In this document: positions 57,827 through 64,000 of the stretch, piece after piece
How positions within the stretch are numbered: position 1 is the stretch's first letter
Layout of the letters: each line of letters starts with the position of its first letter
Position numbers and translations under genes: made by a program
NCBI GenBank assembly: GCA_038887515.1
Contig: JAWAKK010000001.1
Coordinates: 1 to 64,000 of the forward strand
Direction of reading: 5' to 3'
Source: Candidatus Nezhaarchaeales archaeon
Lineage (GTDB): Archaea; Thermoproteota; Methanomethylicia; Nezhaarchaeales; WYZ-LMO8
DNA: 64,000 nucleotides
The notes under the pieces: generated by a model
What the model was told of the DNA's origin: nothing
The model's database searches: none
What the model saw: only the letters and a program-made list of their open reading frames with translations

Positions 57827-59914
57827 GTGGAACGAATGTACTGGCTCGCTCTCCTAGCTTCTTGTGTAGCCCTAATTGTTGCAGCAGTTATAGTAATCAC
57901 GACACTATCTAAGCCTAAAGGCAGTGAACGTATGGTTGAAATTTACGAAGCCATTAAACAAGGAGCCAAAGCTTATCTAAGCAGGCAGTACAAGACCCTC
58001 TTTGTCTTCATAGTTCTACTGTCCCTAGCATTCGCCATAGCCGTAGACTACAGTTTTTTCATGGCTGGGCGCTATCCGTCATACTTTCCATACATTGGAT
58101 TATCGTTCTTAATTGGTTCTCTGCTCTCAGCCATGGCTGGTTACGTGGGAATGAGGGTCGCAGTGGAGTGCAATGTTAGGACTGCTTACGCAGCTACTAG
58201 CGGTTTAAGAGCGGCTCTAAGTACCTCCTTTAGAGGAGGGCTGGTCATGGGCCTCTGCATGGTAGGGTTTGCCCTTCTAGGGGTTACGCTATTCTATCAA
58301 GCATATGGTATGAACCCATCTCTCTTTGCCGGCTTTGGGTTTGGCGGAAGCCTCGTCGCTCTCTTTGCAAGAATTGGTGGAGGTATATACACTAAGTCGG
58401 CTGATGTAGGAGCAGATTTAGTGGGCAAGATAGAAGCAGGAATACCTGAAGACGATCCTAGAAATCCTGCTGTAATAGCTGATGCTGTCGGAGACAACGT
58501 CGGCGACGTGGCCGGGATGGCTGCGGACGTATTTGAGACTTATGCTGTTACGTTAATAGGGGCAATGTTGTTAGGATGGCCTCTATATTCTCAGACTAAG
58601 AACATTGCCTTCCTAGAGTACCCGCTGATTTTAGGTGCCATAGCCATCTTCGCAACAATTATTGGATCACTATTTGTAAGGGTTAAGGGGGAGGGGGATC
58701 CAACCTCGGCTATATTTAAAGGTATAACCACTACAGTGATTTTAGCCATAATAGGGTTCTTCTATGCAACTTGGCAACTATTTGGTTCTCTCGAGTTATT
58801 CTACGCAGCTATGATAGGAGTAGTCATAGTAATTCTACTCGCCGTATTTACCATATATTATACTTCATACAAGTACTCGCCTACTAAGGCGATAGCCGAG
58901 GCATCTCAAGCAGGGCCAGCTATAAACATAATAAGGGGGCTGGCTAACGGTCTTGAGAGCTCTTTTCTCCCAATACTGGTCATAGCGTTAGGTGTGATAG
59001 GGGCCTATTGGCTTGCTGGAGGCGTTGGTAATGTCGCTATGGGAATGTATGGAGTAGCCGTAGCAGCCATGTCAATGCTCTCTGTGGCTGGAATAATAGT
59101 TTCTGTGGATGCCTATGGACCTATAGTCGATAATGCCGGTGGCATTGCCGAAATGGCAGGTTTAGATCCTAAGGTCAGAGAAGTTACCGACGTTCTCGAT
59201 GCTGTAGGTAATACTACTAAGGCCTTGACCAAGACTTTTGCCATAGGCAGTGCGGGCTTGGCGGCACTTTCACTTCTATTAGCTTACATCGAGGAGGTTA
59301 TGGGCTATACAAATATCGATCTAAGCACGCTCTCTGCGGAATTATCGCTTACTCGACCAGGCGTAGTTTTGGGCTTACTGCTGGGAGGAGGCCTAGTATT
59401 CCTGTTTGCAGCGTTCTGCATGAAGGCGGTGGGCAAGGGGGCTTTCAGTATGGTATCTGAGGTTAGGAGGCAGTTCAAGGAAATACCAGGCATCTTAGAT
59501 GGAAAAGCTAAGCCCGATTACGCTAAATGTGTGGACATAGCTACACGCACAGCGTTAAGGAGTATGGCGTTACCGGGAGCTTTAGTAGTTCTTAGCCCAA
59601 TAATTATAGGCTTCGTATTCGGCCCTTACGCTCTTGCCGGTCTTTTGATAGGAAGCATCATCGCGGGCCTAGCGCTTGCCTTGATGATGGCCAACGGAGG
59701 GGCTGCATGGGATAATGCGAAGAAGTACATTGAGACTGGAGCTTTTGGAGGGAAACGTTCACCAGCTCATGCAGCTGCCGTGGTCGGAGACACCGTTGGA
59801 GATCCATGCAAAGATACAGCAGGTCCGGCCATCAACCCAATGATAAAAGCAATAAACATGATTTCGATAATTTTTGCAGGACTTATAGTAATGCTGGCCA
59901 TTTTGTCTATCTAA
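57827..59914 (+). CDS. hppA: Membrane-bound pyrophosphatase, K+-independent H+-pumping type
   Basis: GGGIYTKSADVGADLVGK, EDDPRN and GDTVGDP motifs. GNTTKA has the Lys that marks the K+-independent class. Confidence 0.93.
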   Translation: MERMYWLALLASCVALIVAAVIVITTLSKPKGSERMVEIYEAIKQGAKAYLSRQYKTLFVFIVLLSLAFAIAVDYSFFMAGRYPSYFPYIGLSFLIGSLLSAMAGYVGMRVAVECNVRTAYAATSGLRAALSTSFRGGLVMGLCMVGFALLGVTLFYQAYGMNPSLFAGFGFGGSLVALFARIGGGIYTKSADVGADLVGKIEAGIPEDDPRNPAVIADAVGDNVGDVAGMAADVFETYAVTLIGAMLLGWPLYSQTKNIAFLEYPLILGAIAIFATIIGSLFVRVKGEGDPTSAIFKGITTTVILAIIGFFYATWQLFGSLELFYAAMIGVVIVILLAVFTIYYTSYKYSPTKAIAEASQAGPAINIIRGLANGLESSFLPILVIALGVIGAYWLAGGVGNVAMGMYGVAVAAMSMLSVAGIIVSVDAYGPIVDNAGGIAEMAGLDPKVREVTDVLDAVGNTTKALTKTFAIGSAGLAALSLLLAYIEEVMGYTNIDLSTLSAELSLTRPGVVLGLLLGGGLVFLFAAFCMKAVGKGAFSMVSEVRRQFKEIPGILDGKAKPDYAKCVDIATRTALRSMALPGALVVLSPIIIGFVFGPYALAGLLIGSIIAGLALALMMANGGAAWDNAKKYIETGAFGGKRSPAHAAAVVGDTVGDPCKDTAGPAINPMIKAINMISIIFAGLIVMLAILSI

Positions 59915-60165
59915 TCATACTCATTTTTTACATCGAGTATTAAGGTAAATTTAGCAGGGTATTAACTAGGCAATTCGACGTTTAAAGTAGTAGTGCTTAC
60001 CAGCTCATCTTTGCATATAGAGTTTAATACCCACATCACGCAAGAGCGAGGAGACATGTTTAAATACCTCTTCCCCCCTTTGAGGGAACAACTACCTCTA
60101 GGGGTGTAAGCCTCCTTTTTGGTTTGCACTCCTGGAGAGAACTCTAAGGCGAGGTGAAAACGAAA

Positions 60166-60387
60166 ATGAGGTTTAAGGGTGAAGGGAGAAAGAGTAGATT
60201 ACCTAAACCGGTGACTCTAGGACAAGAGTACGATGTAGAGATCTCCGAGGTAAGTAGACGAGGCGATGGGTTAGCTAGGATTCAAGGTTTTGTGATATTC
60301 GTACCGGGCACGCAGAAAGGTGACAAAGTGAAGGTTAAGATAACAAGGGTAGGGAGAAGTTACGCAATAGGCGAGGTAGTCGAGTGA
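60166..60387 (+). CDS. Single-TRAM-domain RNA chaperone (second paralogue)
   Basis: KPV..GQEYDVEI...RRGDGLARIQGFVIFVPG. ATG follows a GAGGTG SD sequence. Confidence 0.92.
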   Translation: MRFKGEGRKSRLPKPVTLGQEYDVEISEVSRRGDGLARIQGFVIFVPGTQKGDKVKVKITRVGRSYAIGEVVE

Positions 60388-60402
60388 ACTCCTTAATTAA
60401 GC

Positions 60403-60846
60403 TCATAAGATGACTATCTTCTTACCTCCTTCTTTCTTAGCTTTTTTTAAGGCTCTTAAGACCATTAAGACTTCAATAGTTTTCTTAGCCTTACTTGGAG
60501 GTTGAGGCTTAAGGGAAGTTATTGGGCCTATGTATATGCCTATACTAATGGTCGCATTAGAACCACTCTCTCTTCCAATCCTCTCTATTTCTAGCCGGAT
60601 TTTCTCCATTTCCCTTAGGACTTCATCTATGTTGGTATCAACAAACTTCATTACAACTTCTTCGGTACCCCGTTCCTCGTCGAGACCATAAATCACGATA
60701 CCCCCTAGCTTCGATATCACCTCTTCAACTAATCGAGTTAAACTTCCTGTTACGATATTGGGTTTGTATTCGGTCCAGTGCATGTTGTTAGTTACATCCT
60801 TGAACCTATCCAGATCAAGGGCTACTGTTATCCCGTTAAACTGCAT
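60403..60846 (-). CDS. Stand-alone GGDEF/nucleotide-cyclase-like (palm) domain protein
   Basis: LDLDRFK...RGTEE...TISIGI...ALKKAKKEGG follows the GGDEF-domain pattern. Confidence 0.6.
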   Translation of the reverse strand: MQFNGITVALDLDRFKDVTNNMHWTEYKPNIVTGSLTRLVEEVISKLGGIVIYGLDEERGTEEVVMKFVDTNIDEVLREMEKIRLEIERIGRESGSNATISIGIYIGPITSLKPQPPSKAKKTIEVLMVLRALKKAKKEGGKKIVIL

Positions 60847-61096
60847 GGCGTACCTGAGATATATGATCTTAAAGCTATCTAAAAGGCTATCTTTAAGCGA
60901 TGCGTTTGTATTGCATGTTAAATTGTGGAACTCAAACGAAGAGATCTTTTACTTAAAGTTGAAGGCCTATGTTTTAAGCGATAAGGCCTTATGACATGTA
61001 TACCTCATAATCTTCGGAGCTTATTAAGAATTCGTGTTACATATTCTTTTTTACTTGGTTCAATCAAGTTTATGCTTTTGCCTATCAATAACTTGA

Positions 61097-62275
61097 GTGG
61101 GGGTTGACTTGCTACGGCCTATCGATGAAGTTAAGAGTGTGGCCATTGAAGCCCTTAAAATAATTGAGCGGTACGATACTAGCTTACAGAAGGCTTACTT
61201 TAAGGCTCTTCAAGATTTAGGACTTAAACCTAGCAGGAGGTCGTACGAATTCCTTTACGACTTAGTGATGAATTATCATAGGGTTCAGTATGCCTTCATG
61301 AAAAAGACTGGTAGGCCAGGTAGGCCGAAAGAGATTGTAGAAGTATATGAGTCTGGCGAGCACCTTAAGGTTGACATGCCCGAAAGCCCTCTACGACGTC
61401 TATCGATAGAAGCATCGTTCCCTTACTGGCTCGTACTAAGACTATCGAAGCATCTTAATCTCGAATCTCTTGAGTCAATGCTTAAAGCACTAAATCAACG
61501 TAGGGTGTGGTTGCTAACTCTCGTGGAGCCCGAGAAGATAGTCGATATGCTAACAAAAGAGGGAGTTGAGGCGAGAGTTGACAACGACTTAAGCTATATG
61601 GTTGAAGTCGTGAAGTCAGATAAGCCGCCTTCAAGGTTAGAACCTGTTAAAAAGAATTTAGCTATACCGGTAGACAAGGGCTCTTCTTTAGTTGTTGAAG
61701 CATTAAGAGCTAATGGTTACGAAGTGCTTGATGCATGCGCTGCTCCCGGTATTAAGTCTTCACTCCTCGCTCTTAGAGGATCTTCATTGATTATTGCAGT
61801 AGATAAGTCTAAGACTAGGATAAAGGAAGCGGTTAAGTTACTTAATAAGTTTGGAGTAAAAGATAGGGTATTGTTAGTTCTAGCGGACTCACGAAAACCT
61901 CCTATATCTCGACGCTTTGTAAAAGCGCTACTTGATGTACCGTGTAGCGGTACAGGTACGATAGGTGACGATCCAAGCATAAAGATCAGGCTTTCAAAAC
62001 CTAATAAAATTAGGATGTACCATAAAATCCAGGTAAAGCTCTTAAGCTCCCTATCTAAGGTTGCAGAGGACATAGTATATGCATCGTGTAGCCTACTGCC
62101 AGATGAAGGCGAGCTCGTCGTGGATACTTGTTGTGTAGATGTCGAAGAACTTAGGGTTCCATCTACTGTAGAGTGCTATCAAGGATTCATGTGTAGTGGG
62201 AAGGCGAGAAGGACCATGCCTCACATTCATAGATGCTCGGCCTTCTTCATAGCCCTCTGCAGAGGCCTTAGTTAG
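61097..62275 (+). CDS. RsmB/NOP2-family RNA m5C methyltransferase
   Basis: LDACAAPGIKS, LLDVPCSGTG and VYASCSL motifs. Confidence 0.9.
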   Translation: MGVDLLRPIDEVKSVAIEALKIIERYDTSLQKAYFKALQDLGLKPSRRSYEFLYDLVMNYHRVQYAFMKKTGRPGRPKEIVEVYESGEHLKVDMPESPLRRLSIEASFPYWLVLRLSKHLNLESLESMLKALNQRRVWLLTLVEPEKIVDMLTKEGVEARVDNDLSYMVEVVKSDKPPSRLEPVKKNLAIPVDKGSSLVVEALRANGYEVLDACAAPGIKSSLLALRGSSLIIAVDKSKTRIKEAVKLLNKFGVKDRVLLVLADSRKPPISRRFVKALLDVPCSGTGTIGDDPSIKIRLSKPNKIRMYHKIQVKLLSSLSKVAEDIVYASCSLLPDEGELVVDTCCVDVEELRVPSTVECYQGFMCSGKARRTMPHIHRCSAFFIALCRGLS

Positions 62276-62372
62276 TAAAACGTAAGTCTTTAATGTACGA
62301 AAAGACGTAAAATCATTGAAGAATATGTAGTTATGTAGTGCATTATGGAAGGACTAACGACCCTCTCTACGC

Positions 62373-63725
62373 CTAATATCGTTCGACCCTCTCCACGACC
62401 CCTTTAACTATGTTCAAGTATTTTCTTAGCAGTACTTGAACTGAGTCTTTGCTTGTAGCTTCGCATAGAATTCTAATTTTTGGCTCAGTCTGCGATGGTC
62501 TTATTAGGATCCAGCCATCTCTAAGCCACAGTTTAATGCCATCAGTTAAGTCTAACTCTTCACCATAAAACTCGCTAATCAAGTTCTTCATAACTACTTC
62601 GTACTTCGAAGGATGGCAATTAACAGCCTCTTTAGCTTGATAGTACTTTGGCAATCTTTTTATGTACTCTGATAGCCGGCTTTCACTTAAAGTTAAGGCT
62701 TCAACTATCAATGCTGCGCCAAAGACTCCATCTCTAGCTAGATTAAAGAATGCTGGGATTATTCCTCCACTGCTACCTTCGCCACCTATTGGGGCCTGAT
62801 GCTCCAATATAGTTCTTACTACCCTGGCTTCCCCTACAGGGCTCCAATAAATGTTGACGCCCATTTTTTCGGCAATCCATTTAAAGACCATCGAAGAAGC
62901 TACGCTAACTACTAGGGGGCCCTTACGATTACTCAGGACATGAATTGACGCTATAGCTAGTCCATAGTCTTCAGCCAATACTTCGCCGCCGTCAGCGACG
63001 CAAACGAGTCTGTCAGCATCAGCATCATGGGCAAAACCAACATCGGCCTCATGAGCCTTGACTGCCTTACTTAGTGACGATAATGCGCTTGGACTAGGCT
63101 CTACTTCTCTACTGAACAATCCTGGAGCAGAATTTATCGTTATAACTTTACATCCCAACTTCCTCAAAAGTAGTGGTGTAGCTATAGAACCAGCTCCTCC
63201 GCCGGGGTCTATCACAACTATAGGCTCTCTCCTCTTTATTGCCTCTACGTCTAGGAACTTAATTGCTTCACGCATGTATTCTTCAAGAGGGTCGAACGAA
63301 AGCGTAATTGCCCTTCTACCGCCTACAGCTAGGTAACGACCTTCTCCAGCGTAAGTCATTAGTTTCGAGACTTCATCTACATCAAGTAACATGCCTTTAA
63401 GAGCGAACTTTAATGCATTCCACTCAGGAGGGTTATGGGAGGCGCTGATGATTATTGCCCCATCAGCTCTAATACTTTTGCAGGTCCATAAAATTACAGG
63501 TGTTGGTTGGATTCCAACCACGTATGTCTTGCAGCCCAGGTCGGCTAAAGCAGAAAGTACTGCATGTTCCATGGCTTCGCCGCTAGGCCTAGTGTCTCTT
63601 CCAACTACTACACTATTGACCTTCCATAAACTTACAAAGGCTTTTGTTAATTTAATTACAAGATCCGGAGTGATACTTTCTCCATATATCCCACGTATCC
63701 CGGAATGTGAAGCCATGAGAGGCAA
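62373..63725 (-). CDS. Phosphohexomutase (PMM/PGM/GlmM family)
   Basis: GRDTR, SASHNP, DADADR, GGEGS and RPSQTEP motifs. Confidence 0.93.
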   Translation of the reverse strand: MPLMASHSGIRGIYGESITPDLVIKLTKAFVSLWKVNSVVVGRDTRPSGEAMEHAVLSALADLGCKTYVVGIQPTPVILWTCKSIRADGAIIISASHNPPEWNALKFALKGMLLDVDEVSKLMTYAGEGRYLAVGGRRAITLSFDPLEEYMREAIKFLDVEAIKRREPIVVIDPGGGAGSIATPLLLRKLGCKVITINSAPGLFSREVEPSPSALSSLSKAVKAHEADVGFAHDADADRLVCVADGGEVLAEDYGLAIASIHVLSNRKGPLVVSVASSMVFKWIAEKMGVNIYWSPVGEARVVRTILEHQAPIGGEGSSGGIIPAFFNLARDGVFGAALIVEALTLSESRLSEYIKRLPKYYQAKEAVNCHPSKYEVVMKNLISEFYGEELDLTDGIKLWLRDGWILIRPSQTEPKIRILCEATSKDSVQVLLRKYLNIVKGVVERVERY

Positions 63726-63798
63726 TTTTTCTCATCTCCTTTCATACGTAAGCTATAAAGGTCTATATTTACTTAAGCCTTGATAGGTTAGCTACCTT

Positions 63799-64000
63799 AT
63801 GTCGGAACAACAAGACTTTCTCGACTACTTCCCCTACCCTAGCCTTAGACCTCATCAAGATAAGGCCATTCTCTTCTCTCGTGAGGTCTTTAAAAATGGG
63901 TTAATAGGTCTCCTCTCTTCACCATGCGGTACTGGCAAATCTATTTCCGTATTGACTGGTTACCTAGCTGCTGGCGGTCCATCGATAGGAAGACTCTTAA
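63799..64000 (+). CDS. XPD/Rad3/DinG-family helicase, N-terminal part; runs off the right edge
   Basis: Manual translation gives MSEQQDFLDYFPYPSLRPHQ (Q motif) and SSPCGTGKS (Walker A). Confidence 0.8.
   Translation, partial: MSEQQDFLDYFPYPSLRPHQDKAILFSREVFKNGLIGLLSSPCGTGKSISVLTGYLAAGGPSIGRLL

Noticed and set aside
350-63783. Many antisense or alternative-frame ORFs in the supplied track (e.g. 1219..1515, 29906..30352, 37365..37931, 42627..43250, 60758..60994)
   Set aside because: They are shadows of well-supported genes and have no recognisable motifs.
1-64000. CRISPR arrays, transposases, integrases and rRNA genes
   Set aside because: No regularly spaced repeats, recombinase motifs or rRNA-like segments were seen; the only GC-rich islands are the tRNAs and SRP RNA.

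Overview
Core-genome segment (about 43% GC by eye) of an archaeon, most likely a C1-metabolising member of Thermoproteota/TACK such as Nezhaarchaeales, Culexarchaeia or Methanomethylicia. The taxon is inferred from gene content and not from a database search. The window holds a cdc48-hsp20-heat-shock-regulator locus, the spc ribosomal protein cluster, six tRNAs (two with canonical introns), SRP RNA, F420 biosynthesis (cofG/cofH) and SepRS. It also holds a contiguous H4MPT/methanofuran C1 cluster (ftr, mtd, fused fwdD-B, fwdA, fwdC, mer, mch, mfnB/E/F), thrS, aspS, class I lysS, topoisomerase VI and a membrane pyrophosphatase. No mobile element or CRISPR array was seen. Main finding: two unrelated protein-coding genes, rps5 (uS5) and mtnA, each look split but are interrupted by a 30-nt hairpin insert. 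Each insert forms a bulge-helix-bulge (BHB) motif like those of the tRNA introns in the same window. Cutting at the canonical BHB positions exactly restores conserved motifs (QTD|AGE and THCN-AGAL). This points to tRNA-endonuclease-dependent pre-mRNA splicing of several housekeeping genes.
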